Below are positions 16,960 to 27,309 of a DNA stretch of 64,000 nucleotides, in pieces. Origin of the DNA: an uncultured bacterium (GTDB taxonomy: Bacteria > Patescibacteriota > Minisyncoccia > Minisyncoccales > RBG-13-42-11). Within the stretch, counting starts at the first letter, position 1, and each line of letters begins with the position of its first letter. The stretch lies in NCBI GenBank assembly GCA_963790795.1, contig CAWBPO010000001.1:204073-268072 (forward strand). Reading direction: 5' to 3'. The translations under genes and the position numbers were made by a program. The notes under the pieces were generated by a model. It worked only from the letters and a program-made list of their open reading frames with translations, was not told where the DNA came from and did no database searches.

Positions 16960-17535
16960 ATGAATAACCATTATTTTATTATGCGGCACGGGGAGAACGT
17001 TTATCAGGTTAAAAAAAAGAGATTTATTTATCCTTTTAAAAATAGCCGTTCAATTAAATTAACCGAAGAGGGACGAAATCAGGTGAGAAGAAGTTTTAAA
17101 AAGATAAAAAAAGAAAAAATAGATTTAATTTATTCTTCCGATTTTTACAGGACAAAAGAGACCGCAGAAATTTCCTCAAAGGAATTAGGCATTAAGAAGA
17201 TTAATTTTGATAAAAGGCTTAGAGATATAAATATGGGTGTTTTCCACGGCAGAGAAAAAGAGGAATATTTTAGGTTTTTTAACTACAAAAAAAGAAAATT
17301 TTCTAAAAGACCTCCGAAGGGAGAAAGCTGGGATGACCTTAAAAAAAGAACAATCAGTTTTTTAAAAGACATTGATAAAAAACACAAAAACAAGAAAATT
17401 TTAATTGTCGGCCACGGCGATCCTTTATGGATACTTGAAGGCATAATCAAGAAGATGAGCAACCAGGAGCTTTTAAAAGAGATTTTCGTCAAAAAGAATC
17501 AAATAAAAGTTGGCGAGTTAAAAAAAGTTAACTGA
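16960..17535 (+). CDS. histidine phosphatase (phosphoglycerate-mutase-like) family protein
   Basis: IMRHGEN catalytic RHG motif and a later GHGD. Confidence 0.8.
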   Translation: MNNHYFIMRHGENVYQVKKKRFIYPFKNSRSIKLTEEGRNQVRRSFKKIKKEKIDLIYSSDFYRTKETAEISSKELGIKKINFDKRLRDINMGVFHGREKEEYFRFFNYKKRKFSKRPPKGESWDDLKKRTISFLKDIDKKHKNKKILIVGHGDPLWILEGIIKKMSNQELLKEIFVKKNQIKVGELKKVN

Positions 17536-17536
17536 T

Positions 17537-20419
17537 ATGGAGTTAAATTTCCCCCAAATAGAGCAGAAAATACTTAAATTTTGGCAGGAGAACAGGATTT
17601 TTGAAAAGCTGAGAAAGAAAAACCAAAATAAAAAACGCTGGTCTTTTTTGGATGGCCCGATTACTGCCAATAATCCCATGGGCGTTCATCATGCCTGGGG
17701 AAGGACCTACAAGGACGTTTTCCAGAGATACAAAGCGTTTCAGGGGTTTGACCAGAGATTTCAGAACGGTTTTGACTGCCAGGGGCTTTGGGTCGAGGTG
17801 GAGGTGGAAAAAGAGCTTGGTTTCAAAAATAAAAAAGACATTGAAAAATACGGCATAGCCAATTTTGTCAACAAATGCAAAGAAAGGGTTCAAAAGTATT
17901 CTAAAGTTCAGACAGAACAGTCTGTCAGATTGGGGCAGTGGATGGACTGGAACAATTCTTATTACACAATGTCTGACGAGAATAACTATGCTATTTGGAA
18001 TTTTTTAAAGAAATGCTGGAAACAAGGATTGCTTTACAAGGGAAGAGACGTTGTGCCCTGGTGCATCCGCTGCGGCACAGCCATTTCCCAGCATGAAATT
18101 CTGACAGAGGAATATCAGGAAATCACTCATAGATCAATTTTCGTTAAACTGCCTGTTACTGGGCGGGAAAAGACATATCTTCTGGTTTGGACAACTACTC
18201 CATGGACATTACCTGCCAACGTGGCTGTGGCTGTAAATCCAAAATTGATTTATGCCGAAGTCAAAGATGAAAACAGCGATATTTTTATTTTGCAAAAAGA
18301 CAAAGCAGAAATTTTGAAAGAAAGAGAAATAATTCGAGAATTCGCAGGAAAAGATTTGGAAGGACTGGAATATAAAGGAATGTTTGATGAATTGCCAGCA
18401 GTAAAAGAAAGTTTAAGAGATTTTAAACACAGAGTTATTTTATGGGATGAAGTTTCAGAAGAAGAAGGAACTGGCATTGTACACATTGCTCCTGGCTGCG
18501 GACAAGAAGATTTTCAGCTTGGCAAAAAATTAAAACTTCCCGTAATTGACCCTTTAAATGATGAAAGCAGATATAAAGATGGTTTTGAATTTTTGACGGA
18601 AAAACTGGCAATAGAAGTCAATGATTTGATTTTTAATGATTTAAAAAACAAGAATATTGTTTTTAAGATTGAAGATTATACTCACAGGTATCCGACCTGC
18701 TGGCGATGCAAGGAAGAGCTGATATTCCGCTTGGTTGATGAATGGTACATTTCAATGGAAAAATTGAGGAAGTCATTAATGAATGTAGTCAGAAAGATAA
18801 AATGGCTGCCTTCTTTCGGTTTGGAAAGAGAGTTGGATTGGCTGAAAAACATGCAGGACTGGCTGATTTCCAAAAAAAGATATTGGGGTCTGGCTTTGCC
18901 TATTTTTGAATGTTCCTGCGGTTGCTTTGAAGTTATCGGTTCAAAAGAAGAATTAAAAGAAAGAGCAGTTGAAGGATGGCAGGAATTTGAAGGCAATTCT
19001 CCTCACAGACCCTGGGTGGATAAAGTGAAAATCAAATGTTCAAAATGCGGAAAATTGGTTTCCAGGATTCCTGATGTCGGCAATCCCTGGCTGGATGCTG
19101 GCATTGTTTCTTTTTCTACCATGGGTTATTTCACTGACAAGCATTATTGGAAGAAATGGTTTCCAGCTGATTTAATTTGCGAATCTTTCCCGGGCCAATT
19201 TAAGAACTGGTTTTATTCTTTAATTGTTATGAGTATGGTTTTGGAAAAGACCAATCCGACAAAAACAATTTTCGGATATGCTTTGGTGCGTGATGAGAAA
19301 GGAGAAGAAATGCACAAATCCAAGGGAAATGCCATTTGGTTTGACGAGGCAGTGGAAAAGATAGGAGCTGACCCGATGAGATGGCTTTATGCCAGGCAAA
19401 ATCCAGCATATAATCTTAATTTCGGATACAAGCCTGCAGAAGAGATAAAAAGAAAGCTTTTAACTTTGTATAATTCCATTGAATTCTTTACTACTTATGT
19501 TGCATTAGAAGAATATCCAAACGGGAAAAATATAGTTGAAAACAAGAATTGCTTGGATATCTGGATTATTTCTCGTATGAATAATTTGATAGCCAAAGTA
19601 ACAGAGAATCTGGACAATTACAATGTTATGTCAGCCACTTTAGCTATTGAAGATTTTTTCATAAATGATTTATCTCTTTGGTATATCAGAAGGTCCAGAA
19701 AACGCTTTCAAAAACCAGTAAATCCAGAAGAAAAAATGGAAGCTTCGCAAACTCTTTATTGCGTCATTGTTAATTTATTGAATATAATAGCTCCCATAAT
19801 GCCGTTTTTTTCCGAAGAAAACTATCAGAAGCTTCGAAAAGATGAAATGCCAGAATCAATTCATTTGATTGATTGGCCGGAAGTAAATAAAAAATTGATT
19901 AATAAAGAATTAGAAGAGAAAATGCAGAAAACAAGAGAGATAGTTACTTTAGCTCTAGCTGGAAGAGCGGCAGTTGGAATTAAGATAAGGCAGCCCTTGC
20001 AGAGCTTGAAGATTAAAAACACGAAATTAAAGATTGATAAAGAGCTGTTTGATTTGATAAAAGACGAGGTGAACGTTAAAGAAGTGGTTTTTGATGAAAA
20101 GATAAAAAATAAGGTGGAGTTAGATACTAATATTACTTCAGAATTAAAGGAAGAGGGAACAGTCAGGGAAGTTATAAGAAACATCCAGGGAATGAGAAAG
20201 AAAGCCGGTTTGAAGCCAAAAGATATAATTTCAGTGAGATATTCTGGGAGCAATGATTTAAACGAGATTTTAACCAAAAACAGAGATTTCATTTTAACAG
20301 AAGCCAAAGTTAGAGACTTAACCTCAGAAAGAGAAAGCCAAGCAGAGGAATCTTTTGACGCTGAAAAAGAAGTTACAATTGACCAGCAGAATCTTAAAAT
20401 AGCGATAAAAAAGATATAA
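17537..20419 (+). CDS. ileS: isoleucine--tRNA ligase
   Basis: PMGVHHAWGRT (HIGH-like), KMHKSKGN, and Zn-binding CxxC pairs. 960 aa. Confidence 0.95.
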   Translation: MELNFPQIEQKILKFWQENRIFEKLRKKNQNKKRWSFLDGPITANNPMGVHHAWGRTYKDVFQRYKAFQGFDQRFQNGFDCQGLWVEVEVEKELGFKNKKDIEKYGIANFVNKCKERVQKYSKVQTEQSVRLGQWMDWNNSYYTMSDENNYAIWNFLKKCWKQGLLYKGRDVVPWCIRCGTAISQHEILTEEYQEITHRSIFVKLPVTGREKTYLLVWTTTPWTLPANVAVAVNPKLIYAEVKDENSDIFILQKDKAEILKEREIIREFAGKDLEGLEYKGMFDELPAVKESLRDFKHRVILWDEVSEEEGTGIVHIAPGCGQEDFQLGKKLKLPVIDPLNDESRYKDGFEFLTEKLAIEVNDLIFNDLKNKNIVFKIEDYTHRYPTCWRCKEELIFRLVDEWYISMEKLRKSLMNVVRKIKWLPSFGLERELDWLKNMQDWLISKKRYWGLALPIFECSCGCFEVIGSKEELKERAVEGWQEFEGNSPHRPWVDKVKIKCSKCGKLVSRIPDVGNPWLDAGIVSFSTMGYFTDKHYWKKWFPADLICESFPGQFKNWFYSLIVMSMVLEKTNPTKTIFGYALVRDEKGEEMHKSKGNAIWFDEAVEKIGADPMRWLYARQNPAYNLNFGYKPAEEIKRKLLTLYNSIEFFTTYVALEEYPNGKNIVENKNCLDIWIISRMNNLIAKVTENLDNYNVMSATLAIEDFFINDLSLWYIRRSRKRFQKPVNPEEKMEASQTLYCVIVNLLNIIAPIMPFFSEENYQKLRKDEMPESIHLIDWPEVNKKLINKELEEKMQKTREIVTLALAGRAAVGIKIRQPLQSLKIKNTKLKIDKELFDLIKDEVNVKEVVFDEKIKNKVELDTNITSELKEEGTVREVIRNIQGMRKKAGLKPKDIISVRYSGSNDLNEILTKNRDFILTEAKVRDLTSERESQAEESFDAEKEVTIDQQNLKIAIKKI

Positions 20420-20420
20420 T

Positions 20421-21242
20421 ATGTTGGAAAAAGAACCACAATTTATAAAGCAGCAGGAGGCGCAACCAGAGCAAAAGGAAGTTAAAAAAGATGGTTTGAA
20501 AGAATTAAGAAACTACATTAAGGAGATGTCTTTGGGATTAAGGAAAGAAGGAGTTCCCGTTGACGAAAGGGCAAGAATCGACGTTAATAAATTCGGCAGT
20601 ATTTATTCAAATCATTCTATCGAATCAGACCGGGCGTGGATTAAAGATTTAAAAGGGCGATGGAAAGAATCAGCTATTGCCGGGAGTCACTGGTCATGGG
20701 CATTCCCCAAAGAAGAAGCATTGAGGGACGTACCCGTAGGCGATATTTTTGAAATGCTGACAACTTCCATTTTTCACAAAAACTTGAGCAAAGATTTTAT
20801 CGTAACCAGAACTTCTGAGTATGATGATGCCAGAAATAAAGTAGATAACATAATTTTAGAAAGAAAAACTGGGAATATAGTTTGCGCATTTGATGAAATC
20901 GGAGCTGCAAGCGGAGAAAGGTTTGAGGAAAAACAAAACAAGGTTTTGGATAGAAATTGGCAGAAAGGAGGAGCCGACCTTAAATACGGGATTTTTTTTG
21001 AAAAAAAAGCCGGAAAAATGGAATTGAAAAAAGGTTTTGTCCATCACATTCCGCTTTTTTACCTTGCCATGTCTGAAGAAAAAATAAAAAATGCTTTGAG
21101 CGACCCCGACCAGCAAGAAAAAGTTTTCCATGGTTTTGTTAGTTCGGTTAAAGAACAGATAAAAAAAATCAACGAAGGTCCGATACATCCCAAATTAAAG
21201 GAACGCTTGGATTTTTTTGAGAAAGTTATAGAAAAATTATAA
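20421..21242 (+). CDS. hypothetical protein
   Basis: 273 aa, tightly packed between ileS and recO. No family recognised. Contains YDDARNKVDNIILERK (D...ExK-like). Confidence 0.65.
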   Translation: MLEKEPQFIKQQEAQPEQKEVKKDGLKELRNYIKEMSLGLRKEGVPVDERARIDVNKFGSIYSNHSIESDRAWIKDLKGRWKESAIAGSHWSWAFPKEEALRDVPVGDIFEMLTTSIFHKNLSKDFIVTRTSEYDDARNKVDNIILERKTGNIVCAFDEIGAASGERFEEKQNKVLDRNWQKGGADLKYGIFFEKKAGKMELKKGFVHHIPLFYLAMSEEKIKNALSDPDQQEKVFHGFVSSVKEQIKKINEGPIHPKLKERLDFFEKVIEKL

Positions 21243-21971
21243 ATGTTCACCCATCACAGAACCCAAGGTTTCATTTTAAAAAAAAATGACATCGGAGAAG
21301 CGGATCGGCTTTTCACCATTTTTACAAAAGATTTTGGGAAGCTGGAATTATTGGCCAGGGCTGAAAGAAAGATAAAATCAAAGTTAAGAGCTGGCTTGGA
21401 ACTATTTTATCTTTCAGAAATTGAGTTTATCCAGGGCAAAGCATACAAAACTCTGACTGATGCGATTTTGATTGATAAGTTCGGCAATTTAAGAAAAAGC
21501 TTAAAACCCCTGGCTATTGCTTCCAAGATTTCAGAAGTTTTAGACAGATTGGTAAAAGGACAGGAGCTAGATAAAAAACTCTGGCACTTGCTTAAAGAAA
21601 CTTTTGAAAAGCTGAATGACCAGGAGACAAAGCCTGAAACTTGCAATTTGATTTATTATTATTTTCTCTGGAATTTTCTTTCTTTGTTGGGTTACCAGAT
21701 TGAATTTTATCGCTGTTCTTCCTGCCAAAAAAAACTAATTCCAGAAAACATCTATTTCAGTTTCAAAAAAGGAGGGTTGATATGCGGCAGCTGCGGCAAA
21801 AGGGAAAAACTGGAGAGTCCCGTCAGTTTGAATGCGATAAAACTAATCAGAATTTTGTTGAAAAATGATTTGTCTGCCTTGTCCAGACTGAAAATAGATA
21901 AAAATGACTTCGACTCATTAAAGGAAATTTCCAATTATTATTTTTCCGAGATTTTGAGAGAAACCCAATAA
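21243..21971 (+). CDS. recO: DNA repair protein RecO
   Basis: N-terminal OB fold (GFILKKNDIGEADRLFTIFTKDFGKLELLARA) and C-terminal Zn motif CSSC...CGSC. Confidence 0.9.
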   Translation: MFTHHRTQGFILKKNDIGEADRLFTIFTKDFGKLELLARAERKIKSKLRAGLELFYLSEIEFIQGKAYKTLTDAILIDKFGNLRKSLKPLAIASKISEVLDRLVKGQELDKKLWHLLKETFEKLNDQETKPETCNLIYYYFLWNFLSLLGYQIEFYRCSSCQKKLIPENIYFSFKKGGLICGSCGKREKLESPVSLNAIKLIRILLKNDLSALSRLKIDKNDFDSLKEISNYYFSEILRETQ

Positions 21972-21990
21972 TTTGCTAATATAATTAAAT

Positions 21991-23667
21991 ATGAGAAAAC
22001 TTACTTTTTTTATCATTATTTTAGCGGTAGTCGTCGGGATTATCGGTTTTTATTATTACCAGAGAAACGTTTATTCAAAAGAGATATTAAAACTGGAGAT
22101 TTTAGGACCGGAAGAAACAGAATTGCTTCAGGAGATTGAATACGTTGTCAAGTATAAGAACAACGGAAATGTCAACTTGGAAGAGCCTGAGCTAATTTTT
22201 GATTATCCCGAGTATGCCGTACCGACAGACTACACTTCCTTGAGGGTGGTTAAAAAATCAGAAGAACTGGGAGGAGCGATTTATCCCGGCCAGGAAAAAA
22301 CTTTCATTTTCAAAGGGCGGCTTATGGGAAAAGAAGGGGAAGCCAAGGAAGCCAAGGTTTCCTTGAGTTATTCTCCGAAAAACTTAAGGGCCCGCTACAC
22401 TTCAAAAACTTCCTTCACGACAATCATCAAGAAAATCCCTCTCAACTTGGAATTTGATTTGCCGGTAAAAGTTGAATCGGGCAAAACATTCAGCCTTAAT
22501 TTGAATTATTTTTCCAATATCGATTATCCGCTTTCCGACTTAAGAATACTGGTTGAATATCCTTTTGGATTTGAATTTGTTGATTCTGACCCAAAATCTC
22601 TGGAAAAAACAGAATGGGAAATCGGCCTTCTGAATAAAACTCAAGGAGGCAGAATTCAAATTTCAGGCAAGCTTTCAGGCACCATCGGGGAAGAAAAGAT
22701 TTTCAGGGCGAAGATAGGCAGCTGGAAAGACGGCAATTTCATTATTTTGAGGGACGTAAGCAAAGGAATGTCTATCATTAAGCCCACTTTGTACATTACC
22801 CAGGAAATCAACAGCAACCCGAAGCTTATTGCCAATCCGGGCGACTTACTCCACTACGAGATTTTCTTCAAGAATATCGGCGAGGAGGATTTGAACGACA
22901 TGTTCTTGCTGGTCACTTTGAGCGGCTCTTCTTTTGATTTTGCGACGACCAAGACTTTAGACGGAGATTTCACCATAGGCGACAATTCAATTATTTGGGA
23001 CTGGCGTAGGGTGAGCAAGCTTCAGTTCTTGCATCCTCAGGAAGAAGGCAAGGTTGAATTCTGGATAAAATTAAAAGACGCTTGGGAGATTAAAAGCTTA
23101 GCAGAAAAAAATCCGCAAATTTCGACAACAATCTTTTTGAGCCAAGTTAAAGAAGAATTCAGCAACAAAATTAATTCAAAATTAGCTGTTTCGCAAAAAG
23201 GATATTTTAACGATGAAGCTTTCGGGAATTCAGGTCCCATTCCTCCGGTTGTCGGACAAACCACCACCTATACTGTCGCCTGGCAGATTAAGAATTATTA
23301 CAACGACATGAAGGACGTAAAAGTTAAAGCTACTTTGCCAAGAAACGTGAATCTGACTGGAAAGATTTTCCCGGAAGAGCAAAAAAACAACTTCACTTTT
23401 GATTCGCAGTCCAGGGAAATAGTTTGGAATATCGGGGAGTTGTCAGCTGGCCAGGGAATTTTAAGTTCAGCTCCAAATATTTCCTTTCAGATTGCTTTTT
23501 TACCGGATAGCAGCCAGTTTGGACAGGCTCCGTTATTAATCAATGAAGCAAGGATCAGCGGTCAGGATCAGTGGACAGGTGAAACCATTCAAAGCACCAG
23601 TCCTTCAATCAATACCAGCTTGCCGGACGATACATCTATTACTTACGAAATGAGTGTTGTCAGATAA
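21991..23667 (+). CDS. large membrane-anchored hypothetical protein (beta-rich, DUF11/CARDB-like repeats suspected)
   Basis: N-terminal TM helix, then 530 aa of beta-strand-like sequence. No catalytic motif. Confidence 0.65.
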   Translation: MRKLTFFIIILAVVVGIIGFYYYQRNVYSKEILKLEILGPEETELLQEIEYVVKYKNNGNVNLEEPELIFDYPEYAVPTDYTSLRVVKKSEELGGAIYPGQEKTFIFKGRLMGKEGEAKEAKVSLSYSPKNLRARYTSKTSFTTIIKKIPLNLEFDLPVKVESGKTFSLNLNYFSNIDYPLSDLRILVEYPFGFEFVDSDPKSLEKTEWEIGLLNKTQGGRIQISGKLSGTIGEEKIFRAKIGSWKDGNFIILRDVSKGMSIIKPTLYITQEINSNPKLIANPGDLLHYEIFFKNIGEEDLNDMFLLVTLSGSSFDFATTKTLDGDFTIGDNSIIWDWRRVSKLQFLHPQEEGKVEFWIKLKDAWEIKSLAEKNPQISTTIFLSQVKEEFSNKINSKLAVSQKGYFNDEAFGNSGPIPPVVGQTTTYTVAWQIKNYYNDMKDVKVKATLPRNVNLTGKIFPEEQKNNFTFDSQSREIVWNIGELSAGQGILSSAPNISFQIAFLPDSSQFGQAPLLINEARISGQDQWTGETIQSTSPSINTSLPDDTSITYEMSVVR

Positions 23668-23672
23668 ACAAT

Positions 23673-25001
23673 ATGGATAATGTTTTAGAAAAAATCATTT
23701 CGCTTAGCAAAAGACGCGGTTTCATATTTCAATCTTCCGAGGTTTACGGCGGTTTTGGTTCCTGTTATGATTTTGGTCCCTTGGGAGTGGAAATGAAAAA
23801 TAACATTAAAAAGTCTTGGTGGAATGAAATGACAAAAAAGCAGGAGAATATTGTCGGCTTGGATGCGGCAATTTTAATGTCTCCCCAGGTTTGGCAGGCT
23901 TCTGGTCATTTGAGTGCCGGGTTTGCCGATGAGCTGGTTGAATGCAAAAAATGCCACAAAAGATTCCGTTTAGACGAACTTAAAGAAAAAAGGTGCCCGG
24001 AGTGCGCTGGTGAACTGACGGAAGCGAAAAAATTCAATTTGATGATGAAAACTTTCGTCGGCTCTGTTGAAAATGAAGCAGCTGCCACTTTCTTGAGAGC
24101 GGAAACCTGCCAGGGCATATATCTTAATTTTCTCAATGTTTTAAACTCAATGCGCTTGAAGATTCCTTTTGGCATTGCTCAGGTCGGCAAGGCTTTTCGG
24201 AACGAGATTACTCCCGGCAATTTCATTTACCGGACCCGGGAATTCGAACAAATGGAGCTCCAATGGTTTTGTCATCCGAAAACAGTTGATGAATTCTTTG
24301 AATATTGGAAAAAATCAAGAATGGAATGGTATTTGAGCCTGGGAGTGAAAAAAGAGAATTTGCGGTTTAAAGAAGTTTTAAAATCAGATCTGGCCCATTA
24401 CGCCAAAAGAGCAGTTGATATCGAATACAATTTTCCTTTTGGCTGGAAAGAAATTGAAGGAATACACAACAGAGGGGATTGGGATTTGTCAAACCATTCA
24501 AAGTATTCCAAGCAGGATCTGCGCTATTTTGACGAGGAAACCAAAGAAAAATACTTTCCTTATATTATAGAAACTTCAGCCGGAGCTGACAGAAGCTTTT
24601 TAACTTTTTTAATTGACGCTTATTCTGAAACAAAAGGCGGCAGAACCAAAACAACGGAATCTGTCAAAGAAATGGAAATTACGCTTAAACTTCATAAAAG
24701 CTTGGCGCCAGTGAAAATAGCAGTTCTTCCTTTGGTTAAAAACAAGCCGGAATTAGTCAAAAAAGCAAAAGAAGTGTTTAAACTTCTCAAACCGTATTTT
24801 GTCTGCCAGTATGACGAGGTCGGTTCAATAGGCAGAAGATACCGCAGACAGGATGAGATAGGAACAATTTTCTGTTTAACAGTAGACTTTGATTCTTTGG
24901 AGCAAGACGATGTCACTGTTCGTGACAGAGACACAATGAAGCAAGAAAGAGTGAAGGTTAATGAGTTAATCAAGATTTTAAAAGAAAAATTAAATAATTA
25001 A
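23673..25001 (+). CDS. glyQS: glycine--tRNA ligase (dimeric class II type)
   Basis: RRGFIFQSSEVYGG, FRNEITPGNFIYRTREFEQMELQWF and SAGADRSFL. Confidence 0.93.
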   Translation: MDNVLEKIISLSKRRGFIFQSSEVYGGFGSCYDFGPLGVEMKNNIKKSWWNEMTKKQENIVGLDAAILMSPQVWQASGHLSAGFADELVECKKCHKRFRLDELKEKRCPECAGELTEAKKFNLMMKTFVGSVENEAAATFLRAETCQGIYLNFLNVLNSMRLKIPFGIAQVGKAFRNEITPGNFIYRTREFEQMELQWFCHPKTVDEFFEYWKKSRMEWYLSLGVKKENLRFKEVLKSDLAHYAKRAVDIEYNFPFGWKEIEGIHNRGDWDLSNHSKYSKQDLRYFDEETKEKYFPYIIETSAGADRSFLTFLIDAYSETKGGRTKTTESVKEMEITLKLHKSLAPVKIAVLPLVKNKPELVKKAKEVFKLLKPYFVCQYDEVGSIGRRYRRQDEIGTIFCLTVDFDSLEQDDVTVRDRDTMKQERVKVNELIKILKEKLNN

Positions 25002-26267
25002 ATGTTTAAAAAGACAACTCTTAAAAACGGACTGCGTATTGTTACTTATCCGATGGAGAACACACGGGCTTTGACTTTGCTGGTTTTGCTTGGAGCTGGA
25101 GCAAAATATGAAACCAGGAAAATTAACGGCATTTCCCATCTTTTGGAGCACATAGTTTTCAAAGGGACGAAAAAACGGCCCAATCCCACAGACATTGCCA
25201 GAGAGATAGACAGAGTCGGCGGGATTATTAATGCTTTTACCGGCAAGGAATTAATGGGTTTTTGGACAAAAGTTGATTCAAAACATTTTGAACTTTCCTG
25301 CGACATCATTTCAGATATGATTTTTAATCCTCTTATTAAAGAAAAAGCACTTGAAAAAGAAAAGAAAGCAATCATTGAAGAAATTAATATGTATCTTGAT
25401 ACGCCGCAGAGATATATTTTGGAGCTTTGGGAAAAACTTCTGTATGGAGACCAGCCAGCTGGTTGGCTGATTTCAGGAGAAAAAGAGATACTAAAACGAA
25501 TCTCTCGAAAAGACATAATAAATTATTCTAAAAATCAATTTGGCTCAGAAAATGCGGTTGTTGTTTTGGCCGGAGATTTTTCACAAAAAGAAGCTATTTT
25601 AAAGTTAAAGAAGTCTTTTGGAAAATTCAAAAAGATTAAAACTTTATCGAAAAAACCTGTAGTTGAGAAACAAACAACCCCACAGGTTCTAATTCAAACG
25701 AAAGAAACGGACCAAACGCATTTGGCTTTAGGCGTAAGAACTTTTAATCTTTTTTCTCAAAAAAAATATCCTTTAGCAGTATTAACCAATCTTTTGGGCG
25801 GGAATATGAGCTCCAGACTTTTTACTGAAGTCAGAGAAAAAAGAGGGATGGCTTATCATGTTATGGCAATGACTGAAGAATACACTGATTCGGGATATCT
25901 TATTACTCACGCCGGGCTTGATAATAAAAGAGTTTCGGAGGCAGTAAAAGTTATTCTGAGAGAGTATCAAAAACTAAAAGATAAGAAAGTTCCGAAAACA
26001 GAACTTCAAAAAGCCAAAGACAATATAAAAGGCCATCTTTATTTAGGGCTTGAAACTTCTGATGCTTGCGCAGCATATTTTGGCGAACAGGAAATCTTAA
26101 AAGGGCAAATTGATTCTCCGGAAAAAGAATGTGCAATGATTGATAAAGTCAGCCAGAATGATATCCTAAAAGTAGCCAAAGAGATTTTCAGAAAGGAAAA
26201 GCTGAATCTGGCTTTAATCGGTCCCTTTAAAGACAAAGAGAAATTTCAAAAATTGCTGAAATTATAA
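25002..26267 (+). CDS. M16 family (pitrilysin-like) metallopeptidase
   Basis: Inverted zinc motif HLLEHIVFKGT. Confidence 0.88.
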   Translation: MFKKTTLKNGLRIVTYPMENTRALTLLVLLGAGAKYETRKINGISHLLEHIVFKGTKKRPNPTDIAREIDRVGGIINAFTGKELMGFWTKVDSKHFELSCDIISDMIFNPLIKEKALEKEKKAIIEEINMYLDTPQRYILELWEKLLYGDQPAGWLISGEKEILKRISRKDIINYSKNQFGSENAVVVLAGDFSQKEAILKLKKSFGKFKKIKTLSKKPVVEKQTTPQVLIQTKETDQTHLALGVRTFNLFSQKKYPLAVLTNLLGGNMSSRLFTEVREKRGMAYHVMAMTEEYTDSGYLITHAGLDNKRVSEAVKVILREYQKLKDKKVPKTELQKAKDNIKGHLYLGLETSDACAAYFGEQEILKGQIDSPEKECAMIDKVSQNDILKVAKEIFRKEKLNLALIGPFKDKEKFQKLLKL

Positions 26268-26268
26268 C

Positions 26269-27306
26269 ATGAACAGCGAAAAATTATTGGACATATCTTG
26301 GGACAGTATTTTAAAAGTTGCTCTGGCCGCTTTTGTCATTTATCTCCTTTATTCAATCAGGGATATTTTGATTTTGGTTATTTTTGCCTTGATTATCTCA
26401 GTTTTGTTCAATCCGGCAATTGATTTTTTGCAAAGAAGAAGAGTCCACCGCGTTTTGGCTACTGGCTTGGTTTACGTTTTGATTTTCGGCGCATTGGGGG
26501 TTTCAATTTATCTGATATCTTTGTCTTTTATTCCTGAAGTTGGACAATTTGCCGAACTTTTCTCCCAATACTTTGAAAAAATAACTCCGCCTTTAAAATG
26601 GCTGGGCATAGAAGCTTTTGAAAACTTTGAAACTTTCATTACTGCTGTTGAAGGTTGGTTGTTGGGCGCATCGTCCAATATTTTCACTGCCCTGTCAGCT
26701 GTTTTCGGAGGGATATTTTCCGCTTTTACCATTTTTTCCCTTGCTTTTTTCTTTTCTTTGGAGGGGAAATGGACTGAAAGAGTGATAAGGCTTCTTTTTT
26801 CTAAAAAACACGAAGAGTATGCAATAAGCGTCTGGGAGAAATCTCAGCAAAAAATTTCAGGTTGGTTTGGTATGAGAATTTTATGTTGTTTTTTCGTGGG
26901 GCTAGCTTCTTTTCTTGCTTTGAAATTGTTTAAAATTGATTATGCTTTCAGCCTTGGCTTGTTCGCCGGAATAACCAACATTATTCCTATTTTGGGGCCG
27001 ATACTTGCCGGAGCAATAATTACCATCTTGGTCTTTTTTGAAGACTGGTTAAAAGCCGTATTCATTTTGATCGTTTTTTTCTTAATCCAGCAGATAGAAG
27101 GGAATATCCTTACTCCGATTTTGAGCAAGAAATTCATTGGTTTGCCGCCCGTCTTGGTTTTGATTGCTTTACTGATTGGCGGAAAGCTCTGGGGGCTTTT
27201 GGGGGCAATTCTGGCGATTCCTTTAGCTGGAATTTTATTTGAATTCATCAGAGATTTTTTCAAAAAAAGAAAAGACCGCATAAGTTCAGAGGAAGCGGTT
27301 GCATAA
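26269..27306 (+). CDS. AI-2E family transporter (PerM-like)
   Basis: Polytopic membrane protein with a family-typical C-terminal region: IIPILGPILAGAII...QQIEGNILTP. Confidence 0.8.
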   Translation: MNSEKLLDISWDSILKVALAAFVIYLLYSIRDILILVIFALIISVLFNPAIDFLQRRRVHRVLATGLVYVLIFGALGVSIYLISLSFIPEVGQFAELFSQYFEKITPPLKWLGIEAFENFETFITAVEGWLLGASSNIFTALSAVFGGIFSAFTIFSLAFFFSLEGKWTERVIRLLFSKKHEEYAISVWEKSQQKISGWFGMRILCCFFVGLASFLALKLFKIDYAFSLGLFAGITNIIPILGPILAGAIITILVFFEDWLKAVFILIVFFLIQQIEGNILTPILSKKFIGLPPVLVLIALLIGGKLWGLLGAILAIPLAGILFEFIRDFFKKRKDRISSEEAVA

Positions 27307-27309
27307 AAA

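Noticed and set aside
19861-20439. Long antisense ORFs inside large genes (for example 19861-20439 in ileS, 43255-43902 in topA, 25046-25516, 26940-27317, 49131-49541)
   Set aside because: These are typical shadow ORFs opposite strongly supported genes in low-GC DNA. They are Ser/Leu/Phe/Ile-rich and have no independent signals.
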